NCBI GenBank assembly: GCA_002269645.1
Contig: NIVC01001769.1
Coordinates: 124,001-188,000, forward strand
Source of the DNA: Macrostomum lignano
Lineage: Eukaryota
Length of the DNA stretch: 64,000 nt
Reading direction: 5' to 3'
Below are positions 45,535-57,800 of the stretch, piece by piece. Positions within the stretch are counted from its first letter, which is position 1; every line of letters starts with the position of its first letter. Both the position numbers and the translations under genes were made by a program. The notes under the pieces were generated by a model. That model was not told the DNA's origin. It saw only the letters and a program-made list of their open reading frames with translations, and ran no database searches.

Positions 45535-46010
45535 ATCTAGTGTAGAGAGGAGAGAGATCTAGTGGGGAGAGGAGAGAGATCTAGTGTAGAGAGGAGAGAG
45601 ATCTAGTGGGGAGAGGAGAGAGATCTAGTGTAGAGAGGAGAGAGATCTAGTGGGGAGAGGAGAGAGATCTACTGTAGAGAGGAGAGAGATCTAGTGGGAA
45701 GAGGAGAGAGATCTAGTGTAGAGAGGAGAGAGATCTAGTGGGGAGAGGAGTAAGATCTAGTGGGGAGAGGAGAGAGATCTAGTGGGGAGAGGAGAGAAAT
45801 GTTGGGGAGAGAGGAGAGAGAGATGTAGGGGAGAGAGGAGAGAGATGTAGGGGAGAGAGGAGAGAGATGTAGGGGAGAGAGGAGAGAGATGTAGGGGAGA
45901 GAGGAGAGAGATGTAGAGAAGAGATTAGAGAGATGTAGGGGAGAGAGGAGAGAGATGTAGGGGAGAGAGGAGAGAGATGTAGAGAAGAGATTAGAGAGAT
46001 GTAGGGGAGA
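45535..46010 (-). repeat. Same 22-bp satellite in inverted orientation
   Basis: GAGAGGAGAGAGATCTAGTGGG is the reverse complement of the 41985-45010 unit. Confidence 0.93.
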
Positions 46011-46263
46011 GAGTGGCAGAGGAGCTGGGAGCCTAAGGAGCGGAGACCAGAAGTGATAAATCATACCGAACCAGATGGATGTCAGGCAGATGCCCCCCAG
46101 CAACAGAGCAGGGAGTTCCCCCTGACCCCCAGAATCACCCCGCAGGCCGTCAAGTGAAACTTTGCTCAACCGCTCACACAACATCGGCCTGAGCACAGGC
46201 AGCTCATAATAGTTGGCGAAAAAAATCAATGGATGACCCGTTGTAGGTTATGCTAGTGCATAG

Positions 46264-46367
<104 letters not shown>

Positions 46368-46649
46368 TGCACTTCATAAGCTTAACTAGCTCTGTCCAAT
46401 TTCGATTCGTATCGCATTCTGTTCGGGCATAAATCATACCCCGCGAAAGGGATACGCATACACGAGCTTATTGTATAACAAAGCGATTAAAAGATTAGCA
46501 AGGCCAGACAAGCATGCGGAAGTTTTTCGGTTGGAAAAATTCTGGTTATCAGGCTGCAAGGGCGACTGCACTAACAGTTGGGATGCAGCTGGTTAAGCGC
46601 GCATAGCATTTGCGCGCATTTTAAATCTAGTACGGATAGTGCTTTAGGC

Positions 46650-47500
46650 GCTTACCGCTTTAAGCGCGCAGCTTGATAAGCGCGCACTGAGACAAACGCA
46701 CAATTTGATAAGCGCGCAGTTTGATAAGAGCGCACTGAGACAAGTGCGCAGTTTGATAAGCGTGCACTGAGACAAGCGCGCAGTTTTATAAGCGTGCACT
46801 GAGACGAACGCAAAATTTGATAAGCGCGCAGTTTGATAAGAGCGCACTGAGACAAGCGCGCAGTTTGATAAGAGCGCACTGAGACAAGCGCGCAGTTTTA
46901 TAAGAGCGCACTGAGACAAGCGCGCAGTTGATAAGAGCGCACTGAGACAAGCGCGCAGTTTGATAAGAGCGCACTGAGACAAGCGCGCAGTTTGATAAGC
47001 GCGCAGTTTGATAAGAGCGCACTGAGACAAGCGCGCAGTTTGATAAGAGCGCACTGAGACAAGCGCGCAGTTTGATAAGAGCGCACTGAGACAAGCGCGC
47101 AGTTTTATAAGAGCGCACTGAGACAAGCGCGCAGTTTGATAAGAGCGCACTGAGACAAGCGCGCAGTTTGATAAGAGCGCACTGAGACAAGCGCGCAGTT
47201 TGATAAGCGCGCAGTTTGATAAGAGCGCACTGAGACAAGCGCGCAGTTTGATAAGAGCGCACTGAGACAAGCGCGCAGTTTGATAAGAGCGCACTGAGAC
47301 AAGCGCGCAGTTTGATAAGCGTGCACTTACACAAGCGCGCAGTTTAATAAGCGGGCTGCGAAAAGCGCGCAGCTTGATAAGCGCGCACTGAGACAAACGC
47401 ACAATTTGATAAGCGCGCAGTTTGATAAGAGCGCACTGAGACAAGCGCGCAGTTTGATAAGCGCGCACTGAGACAAACGCTCAGTTTAATAAGCGCGCAC
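46650..47500 (+). repeat. 32-bp minisatellite
   Basis: TTGATAAGAGCGCACTGAGACAAGCGCGCAGT. Confidence 0.95.
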
Positions 47501-48029
47501 TTTCACAATCGCTCGTGTTGAAAATTTGGTTCAAGGTGCAACTCATCTTTCATATTTCAACTCATCTTTTGTCCGGAACATTTAACCATCAACTTCATAT
47601 GCATCTGTTGGCATATCAGTGCATTGTGAACACACCAAATGAGCAGTGCAAAATAGATAGGAAACCAGCTAATTCCTTAATCCCTAGAAATACGATATCT
47701 AGCTTTATGCAATTGTTAATCGGTCACTTTTTATGAGCACACGGCGCCAGTGCGAAAAGTATAGGCAATAAAAAATTCCGACTGCATTTGTGGCGCCAGT
47801 GGAACAAAATGCCTTATTAACAGATCCACTGGAGGATATAAATTAAGGAAACCTGATATTCTGATTATGCATGTAGTTTAAAGCAGCCCTTTATGCTGTA
47901 ATATTTAATTAATAGTATTAGTAACATTATATGTCATTTTCTTTTTTGTAGCTTTCATTTTGTTTTATCCAAAGAGTACAATAGTTGTGTGTCCGGGTTT
48001 TGCTTAATGAGTGAATTTTTCCGAGTTTC

Positions 48030-49140
48030 ACTGATTTGTGTCAGGGTTTTTATTGGTATGTGTTCAGGTTTTCATTGATTTATTCCGGGTTTTTATTGGT
48101 ATGTGTTCAGGTTTTCATTGATTTATTCCGGGTTTTCATTGGTTTGTGTCCAGGGTTTGTATTGATTTGTGTCCGGGGTTTCATTGGTTTGTGTCCAGGG
48201 TTTCTATTGATTTATTCCGGGTTTTCATTGGTTTGTGTCCAGGTTTTCATTGATTTGTGTCCGGGGTTTCTATTGATTTGTCTCAGGGTTTTCATTGATT
48301 TGTTTCCGGGTTTTCATTGATTTGTGTCCAGGTTTTCAATGATTTTTGTCCGCGTTTTCAATTATTTTTGTCCGGGTTTTCAGTGATTTTTGTCCGGGTT
48401 TTCAATGATTTTTGTCCAGGTTTTCAATGGTTTTTGTCGGGGTTTTCAATTATTTTTGTCCGGGTTTACAATGATTTTTGTCCGGGTTTTCAATGATTTT
48501 TGTCCAGGTTTTCAATGGTTTTTGTCCGGGTTTTCAATTATTTTTGTCCGGGTTTTCAGTGTTTGTGTCCAGGTTTTCACTGATTTGTGTCCGGGTTTTC
48601 ATTGATTTGTGTCCGGGCTTTCATTGATTTGTGTCCGGGTTTCCATTGATTTGTGTCCGGGCTTTCATTGATTTTTGTCCGGGTTTTCAGTGTTTGTGTC
48701 CAGGTTTTCACTGATTTGTGTCCGGGTTTTCATTGATTTGTGTCCGGGCTTTCATTGATTTGTGTCCGGGTTTCCATTGATTTGTGTCCGGACTTTCATT
48801 GATTTTTGTCCGGGTTTTCAGTGTTTGTGTCCAGGTTTTCACTGATTTGTGTCCGGGTTTTCATTGATTTGTGTCCAGGTTTTGACTGATTTGTGTCCGG
48901 GTTTTCATTGATTTGTGTCCGGGCTTTCATTGATTTGTGTCCGGGTTTCCATTGATTTGTGTCCGGGCTTTCATTGATTTTTGTCCGGGTTTTCAGTGTT
49001 TGTAGCCGGGTTTTTATTGATTTGTTTCTGGGTTTTCATTGATTTGTGTCCAGGTTTTCAATGATTTGTGTCCGGGTTTTCAGTGATTTTTTGTCCAGGT
49101 TTTCAGTGATTTTTGTCCAGGTTTTCAGCAAATACTGTCC
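48030..49140 (+). repeat. 22-bp minisatellite
   Basis: CCGGGTTTTCATTGATTTGTGT. Confidence 0.95.
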
Positions 49141-49689
49141 AGGTTTCCACTAATTAGTGTCCGACTTTTTCATTACTCGACAATTCGAGTCTCCCTAACA
49201 CACTAAAACACCACATCTTGATTTTAATTGGATGACATACTGTCCAAGAATTTTGAATTTTATCTGCCCGATCATTCTCTGCAACGCAAGCAGCAAAATT
49301 ACTTAATCGATCAGATACAATGAGTCATTTTGGCAATTCCCAGAGTCTCAAAGCAGCGAGTTGCGCCACTTTGCTTTGGTCAACAAAGGTTATCATGGCG
49401 ACAATCTGTTGAAAGAAACAGGGGTCGATTCTTTTGCTAGAGGAAATCAAAGGGCAACAGATGTTGAAATCCCCCCGAAATGGAGGAGTTCTGCATCCTA
49501 AAATATCTTCTTATCGTTGAGCTATGACTAAATTTTTCTCTTTGGCTGGGATTGTTGCGTAACGCAACTGGGAGCTGCAGCTAACCAGACGGTGGTGAGA
49601 TCCTAAACACAGATTCCAATATTAAAGTTTGTTTAAATCGCTTTTAGAGGCTTTTTCAGTTAAATTGAAGGAATGACGGATCAGAGGAG

Positions 49690-51965
49690 AGAAAAGACAG
49701 GAGAGTGTTGAGAGTAGACAGGTGAGAGTAGCTACACTAGTAAAGAGAGAGTAAAGAGGGTAGAGGAGAGAGGGAGCGGAAAGAGTAGATATTGGGGAGG
49801 AGAGGTAAGAGGAGAGAGGGTAAAAGAGAGAGAGAAAAGAGAAGAGAGGAGAGAGGAGAGAGGAGAGAGGAGAGAAGAAAGGGGAGAGAGAAGAGATGAG
49901 AGGAGAGAGATGAGAGGAGAGAGGAGAGAGGAGGGATAGAGGAGAGAGAAGAGATAAGAGGAGAGAGGAGAGATGAGAGGAGAGAGAAGAGATGAGAGGA
50001 GAGAGAAGAGAAGAAAGGAGAGAGGAGAGATGAGAGGAGAGAGAAGAGAAGAAAGGAGAGAGAAGAGAAGAAAGGAGAGAGAAGATATGAGAGGAGAGAG
50101 AAGAGATGAGAGGAGAGAGAAGAGATGAGAGGAGAGAGAAGAGATGAGAGGAGAGAGAAGATATGAGAGGAGAGAGAAGAGATGAGAGGAGAGAGAAGAT
50201 ATGAGAGGAGAGAGAAGAGAAGAAAGGAGAGAGGTGGGAGGAGAGAATTAGAGGCGAAGACAGTTAGCAACTGCAGTCACAGTAGCGGCACACCCGGCAG
50301 CAGTCCAGAGAAGCAGCTCTGTTTTGATTGCAGGCAACTTGGCAAGATTCAAGAAACAATCCAAAAGGCACCGCAGCACGCGCTCTGATAGCAGCCCCAG
50401 CGCAAAATTAATTGCTGCTATAGCAGTGCTTTTAATTTTTGCGATCGCTCGAACATCCGTGAACCGTCCACCCCCATATAATTGTTCACCGGCCTGGCAT
50501 CGGCCTCAGTTTCACGCCATAAGCGGCTGCGGCGGTTTTGATTTACCGTGTTTGGGGCGCGGAAATCCCAGCTGGTGACTAATCTGAACCCTGCGCTCGT
50601 ATAAGGGTTTTTTAAGTTGCGTGGATTTTTTAATTTAGAATCTGGACGCGAGAGCGAAAGCTTCTTTATGCATGATGAGAGAATATTACATGATAAAGAC
50701 AGCAAAGAGAAGTGCGAGAGAGTGAACGAGGGATAGGAAGAGAGGGAGAGAGAAAAGATGGAAATAGAAAAAATGGAGAGAGAGAAGAGATGGAGAGAAG
50801 AAAGATGGAGAGAGAGAAGAGATAAATAGGAAATAGAAGAGGAAGGGAAAGAGAGGGAGATAAGAAGAGAGGGAGACAGGGGGAGAAGGAGAGGGAGAGT
50901 GAAAGAGGGAGAGGAAAGGGAGGGAAAGAGGGAGAGGGAGAGAGGCAGAGAGAGAGAGGGAAAGAGGGAGAGGGAAAGAGGGAGAGGGAGAGAGGGAGAG
51001 GGAGAGAGGGAGAGGGAGAGAGGGAGAGGGAGAGAGGGAGAGGGAGAGAGGCAGAGAGAGAGAGGGAAAGAGGGAGAGGGAAAGAGGGAGAGGGAGAGAG
51101 GGAGAGGGAGAGAGGGAGAGGGAGAGAGGGAGAAGGAGAGAGGCAGAGAGGGAGAGGGAGAGAGGGAGAGGGAGAGAGGGAGAGGGAGAGAGGGAGAGGG
51201 AGAGAGGGAGAGGGAGAGAGGCAGAGAGAGAGAGGGAAAGAGGGAGAGGGAGAGAGGGAGAGGGAGAGAGGGAGAGGGAGAGAGGGAGAGGGAGAGAGGG
51301 AGAGGGAGAGAGGGAGAGGGAGAGAGGCAGAGAGAGAGAGGAAAGAGGGAGAGGGAAAGAGGGAGAGGGAGAGAGGGAGAGGGAGAGAGGGAGAGGGAGA
51401 GAGGGAGAAGGAGAGAGGCAGAGAGGGAGAGGGAGAGAGGGAGAGGGAGAGAGGGAGAGGGAGAGAGGGAGAGGGAGAGAGGGAGAGGGAGAGAGGCAGA
51501 GAGAGAGAGGGAAAGAGGGAGAGGGAGAGAGGGAGAGGGAGAGAGGGAGAGGGAGAGAGGGAGAGGGAGAGAGGGAGAGGGAGAGAGGCAGAGAGAGAGA
51601 GGGAAAGAGGGAGAGGGAAAGAGGGAGAGGGAGAGAGGGAGAGGGAGAGAGGCAGAGAGAGAGAGGGAAAGAGGGAGAGGGAAAGAGGGAGAGGGAGAGA
51701 GGGAGAGGGAGAGAGGGAGAGGGAGAGAGGGAGAGGGAGAGAGGCAGAGAGAGAGAGGGAAAGAGGGAGAGGGAAAGAGGGAGAGGGAGAGAGGGAGAGG
51801 GAGAGAGGGAGAGGGAGAGAGGGAGAGGGAGAGAGGGAGAGGGAGAGAGGGAGAGGGAGAGAGGGAGAGGGAGAGATGGAGAAGGAGAGAGGCAGAGAGA
51901 GAGGAGGAAAGAGGGAGAGGGAAAGAGGGAGAGGGAGAGAGGGAGAGAGAGAGGGAGAGGGAAGG
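49690..51965 (+). repeat. Purine-only tracts (GA-rich 49690-50250; (GAGAGG/GGGAGA)n 50700-51965) separated by a unique island
   Basis: Sequence is almost exclusively G and A in both tracts. Confidence 0.93.
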
Positions 51966-52759
51966 TGAGAAAAGCTAAAAAAACGTACAAAGTACAAAGC
52001 CTTTCCTAGCAGATGGAGTCGTCAATTCAGGCCTTGAAAATCCAGAACTCCATGAATCTTCGGTGAAAGAAAAAAAAGCAGATATTGACAACTTCATCCT
52101 CAGAAAAAATAATGCGAGTTTATGACTTCTAAATGATTACGGGGTTGCTCGGCTGATAAATAAAACACGGATTTTACAGCCCTGCCCCTGGCTTCCCCCG
52201 AAACCCCCCCCCCCATTCTCCGATCCCGTGTTTTCTGTATCAACTTCTGAGGCTGCAAACTTACTGGTTGCCGCTTTGCAGAGGATTTTAATTGCGACTC
52301 GACTTGCTAACACCTCATTTATTCCCATCTGTATTCGATTTCCCCCCTCGATTAATTATTCGTTTGTTACCAAGCGGAATCAGCTTTGGGTGCTTCCTGG
52401 CTTTTTTATTGATCGCCTGTTAGATCAAATATCCGCGACTTTTACAGCCTATGGGCCTGAAGTGTTCGGCCGGGCCCGTCCGTCCAATTCTGTGCCATCG
52501 ACGACTCCCGAGGCTTTTCGTTGACTTCGTTTCGAGAGAGCAGTCATTTGTTGATGCTGCTGTTCAGCCTCCCTTTTCACAATCTCCATCCTCTTACAGA
52601 ACTGCTCTCTTATAGTTCGTTTGCGAGTTGCAAATATGACCGGGTCTCTTTAGTAAAAAAATACAAATAAAAGTCTGCATTTTTGTAACTGTTTACTTGA
52701 ATACTGATTGCGATGACAGATTTCCAGGTATTATTGCCCGACCCGACTTAGCGAAAACT

Positions 52760-53229
52760 CAATCTCTACCTCTCTCCCTCTCTCCTTATGTTCTTCTCTC
52801 CCACTCTCTACTCTCCCAGTCTCCCAGTCTCCCAATCTCCCAGTATCCCTCTCTCTCTCTCTTCCACTCTCCCCCTCAACCTCTCTCCCCCTCTCTCCCT
52901 CCCTCTCTCCCACTCTCCCTCTCTCCCTCTCTCCCTCCCTCTCTCCCACTCTCCCTCTCTCCCCCTCTCTCCCTCCCTCTCTCCCCCTCAACCTCTCTCC
53001 CCTCTCTCCCTCCCTCTCTCCCACTCTCCCTCTCTCCCTCTCTCCCTCTCTCCCTCTCTCCCTCTCTCCCTCTCTCCCTCTCTCCCTCTCTCCCACTATC
53101 CCTATATCCCTCTCTATATCCCTCCTATGCCCTGACTAAGAACATACAATATTCGAAATATCGGCAAATTTAACTTATTTGACTTTTATCAGTCCTTTCA
53201 CCGTGTCAGCGTCTGAGATTGGAGGTACC

Positions 53230-53271
<42 letters not shown>

Positions 53272-53294
53272 TCTCTACCTCTCACAACCTCTCT

Positions 53295-53331
<37 letters not shown>

Positions 53332-53420
53332 TCTCTCTCTCTCTCTACCTCTCACAACCTCTCTCCCTCTCTCCCACTCTCCCTCTCTCCCTATCTCCGC
53401 CTCTCTCTTTCCCTCTGTCT
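52760..53420 (+). repeat. Pyrimidine-rich (CT/CCCT) low-complexity tracts
   Basis: CTCTCCCT repeats and (CT)n. Confidence 0.9.
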
Positions 53421-53799
53421 GAGTCGTATCGTGTTTTGTATGTTGAAATTTTGATGCTTAATCTTCGAACAATTTCAAATTTAATAATCATTAAAAGCTT
53501 ACAAGTTCGAAAATACTCAGCCCAAAATCAGAAATCTTCAGATCAATTTCATTATTGCATCAGCCAGAATTCCGGCCATAAGTTTGGCCTCTTAAAATCT
53601 TTTTAGCATTTTTATTTGACACAGAGCAGACATCATAACTACTGATAACAGTAGTGTTGTGAAGTGTAGCACTGTGCTGCATTGTTGAAATTTTATTTGT
53701 CAGCAGTTGGTTATGATTCAGAAAATGTGAAACCGAATGAGATTTATATCTAAACTAAATTTCACATCAAAAATAATCATGCATCTCCCAACCAGGTCA

Positions 53800-54740
53800 C
53801 ATGACACTCTATCACACCTCATGACACACACTTCATCACACCTCGTGACAGCCTAGCAGACCTCATGACACCCTAGCAGACTTCATGACACCCTAGCAGA
53901 CCTCATGACACCCTAGCAGACCTCATGACACCCTAGCAGACCTCATGACACCCTAGCAGACCTCATGACACCCTAGCAGACCTCATGACACTCTAGCAGA
54001 CCTCATGACACCCTAGCAGACCTCATGACACCCTAGCAGACCTCATGACACTCTAGCAGACCTCATGACACCCTAGCAGACCTCATGACACCCTAGCACA
54101 CTTTATGACACCCTAGCAAACATTCTGATACCCTAGCAGACTCCATGACACCCTAGCAGACCTCATGACACCCTAGCACACTTTATGACACTCTAGCAAA
54201 CATCATGACACCCTAGCAAACATCATGACACCCTAGCAAACATCATGACACCCTAGCAGACTCCATGACACCCTAGCAGACCTCATGACACCCTAGCAGA
54301 CCTCATGACACTCTAGCAGACCTCATGACACCCTAGCAGACCTCATGACACTCTAGCAGACCTCATGACACCCTAGCAGACCTCGTGACACCCTAGCAGA
54401 CCTCATGACACTCTAGCAAACCTCATGACACCCTAGCACACTTTATGAAACCCTAGCAGACCTCATGACACTCTAGCAAACCTCATGACACCCTAGCAAA
54501 CATCATGATACCCTAGCAAACATCCTGATACCCTAGCAAACATCAGGACACCCTAGCAAACATCCTGATACCCTAGCAAACATCAGGACACCCTAGCAAA
54601 CATCCTGATACCCTATCACATCCTGATACCCTAGCAAACATCAGGACACCCTAGCAAACATCCTGATACCCTATCACATCCTATGACACCCTAGCAAACA
54701 TCCAGACACCCTAGCAAACCTCATAACACCCTAGCAACCT
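53800..54740 (+). repeat. 20-bp minisatellite
   Basis: CATGACACCCTAGCAGACCT. Confidence 0.95.
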
Positions 54741-54851
54741 TTCTGAACTTGACAACTCCATCAAAAACTAGGCCTCTAACAAAGAACTAAGCCCAAGGCA
54801 ACCAGTTTCATCCAGGTAACAACAAATTCCAGTCCCATAGCGACTAACAAG

Positions 54852-57800
54852 CTACAGTTCCTCACGGACAAAGGAGTACCGCGATTCACTCGGCGCCAAT
54901 CGTCGAAACACGCTGACCGGCGGCTCCGTGGCCATGCTCGCCGACGCCCTGCCGCCCTCCTTGGCCTCGTGATACCGCCGGTGCAACTCGCCGCTCAGCA
55001 GGTCCTCGATGAACGTCACCAAACGGCTATTGAATCCGTCAAGCGTGTCTCTAACATCGTGCGGAAACGCATAGATGTGCTGGAAGCTGTCGATGGCAAT
55101 CAGTGGCAGGTCGTCCAACGATTTTCCCATTTGACGAATTGCTCGAACGAACAAGGCGCCAGGACCGTACAAAAAATTGATCTTGTCTGGGTAGGGGGGA
55201 GTACATGGATTTGTACACTTATAGTTAATTCGTTTTAGACCTGTTAGGGTTAGGATAAATTTGACAGTCAAAGAGTTGTTGACCCAGCTGAGGTCAGAAG
55301 CTACATGTTGTTTATTAAAAAATTGGATTACATTCTTTATTGTAAAACAAAGAAGCGTCAGGGGCGTCGCCAACGAGGGGACTGGGGGGACGATTGTAAT
55401 AGGGTCGATCTTTTATTCTTACTAATAGTAGTTTTAAGCGGGTTTAATGAGCTATTTTTACTCAGCCAATCAGTAAATTTCCTTGTTTAAATCCCTTAAT
55501 TATTTTGTTTTAACTAACTTCAGCCAATGGAGTTTAATAATTTGTTATAATTTCGTAAGCTATTTTTGTTATAATTAATTTCATCCAATCAAATTAAGTT
55601 TTATCCTCTATATAAACGGAACGATTTACCAAGAATAAAATTAACTTGCTCTTCCGCGAATTTTCGCGAGCTCGCTCTCAACCGGAGAAGAAGCGTTTTT
55701 GCCATCCAAACCAAAACGTGAGTTGAAACTTGCGAGTCTTAGTTCTTTGTAGGAATAGGGAGAAATCAGAGGTCGTGGAGACCCAGAACTAGGGATCTGA
55801 ATAGGGAGAAACCAGAGGTCGTGGAGACCCAGAACTAGGATCTAAATAGGGAGAAATCAGAGGTCGTGGAGACCCAGAACTAGGATCTAAATAGGGAGAA
55901 ATCAGAGGTCGTGGAGACCCAGAACTAGGGATCTGAATAGGGAGAAATCAGAGGTCGTGGAGACCCAGAACTAGGGATCTGAATAGGGAGAAACCAGAGG
56001 TCGTGGAGACCCAGAACTAGGATCTAAATAGGGAGAAATCAGAGGTCGTGGAGACCCAGAACTAGGATCTAAATAGGGGGAAATCAGAGGTCGTGGAGAC
56101 CCAAGACAGAGGTCTAAAATTAAGGAGAAATTTAAGGTCGTGCAGACTCTAAGGAAGCCGTACTGGCTAATAATAGGTATTAAGCGCTAGGAAATTAGGC
56201 ATTAGAGGAGTGAATTAGCTACTGCTGGACACCCTTGATCCTCGGAAAACGCTAGACTTTCGGACTAAAATTAGGAAATTAGACAGTGTCTTACCGCTCG
56301 GGCACTACACGCTATCACAAGGTTTCCAAGAAATCGTGTGAAATTAGAGAAGGGTCATAGTTCAGAGGCAGCCAATACTACTAGAAGTAGACAGCTTAGG
56401 GACAGGAACCAGAAAGTCTGTGAAAGGCTCAGTAGCTTTAAGGTGGAATTGCAGTTAGAACGAGTACGTCTGTTATAATTGGTGACATCTAGAGGTCAGC
56501 TGAAGAAGGAGGAGACAGTCGGTAACACGATCTTTAAAGTTAAAGATCTGGGGGGACATGCCAACGCTTTGTTCCCCCACCCCACCTTGCGACCCGTTAT
56601 GGAAATCAATAAATTTGCTGCAGGGCGAGAAAACATAGTGCCTGAGGCGCTAAAATGAGTGCCTGAGGCGCTAAAATGAGTGCCTGAGGCGCTAAAATGA
56701 ATGCCTGCGGCGCTAAAATGGTGCCTGCGGCGCCAAAATGAGTGCCTTCGGCGCTAAAATGAGTGCCTGCGGCGCTAAAATGAGTGCCTTCGGCGCTAAA
56801 ATGAGTGCCTGCGGCGCTAAAATGAGTGCCTGCGGCGCTAAAATGAGTGCTTTCGGCGCTAAAATGAGTGCTTTCGGCGCTAAAATGAGTGCCTGAGGCG
56901 CTAAAATGAGTGCCTTCGGCGCTAAAATGAGTGCTTTCGGCGCTAAAATGAGTGCCTGAGGCGCTAAAATGAGTGCCTGAGGCGCTAAAATGAGTGCCCG
57001 TGGCGCTAAAATGAGTGCCCGTGGCGCTAAAATGAGTGCCTGAGGCGCTAAAATGAGTGCCCGTGGCGCTAAAATGAGTGCTCGTGGCGCTAAAATGAGT
57101 GCCTGAGGCGCTAAAATGAGTGCCTGAGGCGCTAAAATGAGTGCCTGCGGCGCTAAAATGAGTGCCCGTGGCGCTAAAATGAGTGCCTGAGGCGCTAAAA
57201 TGAGTACCTGCGGCGCTAAAATGAGTGCTTTCGGCGCTAAAATGAGTGCCTGAGGCGCTAAAATGAGTGCCCGTGGCGCTAAAATGAGTGCTTTCGGCGC
57301 TAAAATGAGTGCTTTCGGCGCTAAAATGAGTGCCTGAGGCGCTAAAATGAGTGCCTTCGGCTCTAAAATGAGTGCCTTCGGCGCTAAAATGAGTGCCTGA
57401 GGCGCTAAAATGAGTACCTGAGGCGCTAAAATGAGTGTCTGAGGCGCTAAAATGAGTGCCTGCGGCGCTAAAATGAGTGCCTGAGGCGGTAAAATGAGTG
57501 CCTGCGGCGCTAAAATGGTGCCTGCGGCGCCAAAATGAGTGCCTTCGTCGCTAAAATAAGTGCCTGAGGCGCTAAAATGAGTGCCTTCGGCGCTAAAATG
57601 AGTGCCTGCGGCGCTAAAATGAGTGCCTTCGGCGCTAAAATGAGTGCCTGCGGCGCTAAAATGAGTGCCTGCGGCGCTAAAATGAGTGCTTTCGGCGCTA
57701 AAATGAGTGCCTGAGGCGCTAAAATGAGTGCCTTCGGCGCTAAAATGAGTGCTTTCGGCGCTAAAATGAGTGCCTGAGGCGCTAAAATGAGTGCCTGAGG

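Noticed and set aside
55755-56105. 45-46-bp repeats as a CRISPR-like array
   Set aside because: Head-to-tail tandem with no spacers; internal to the solo LTR.
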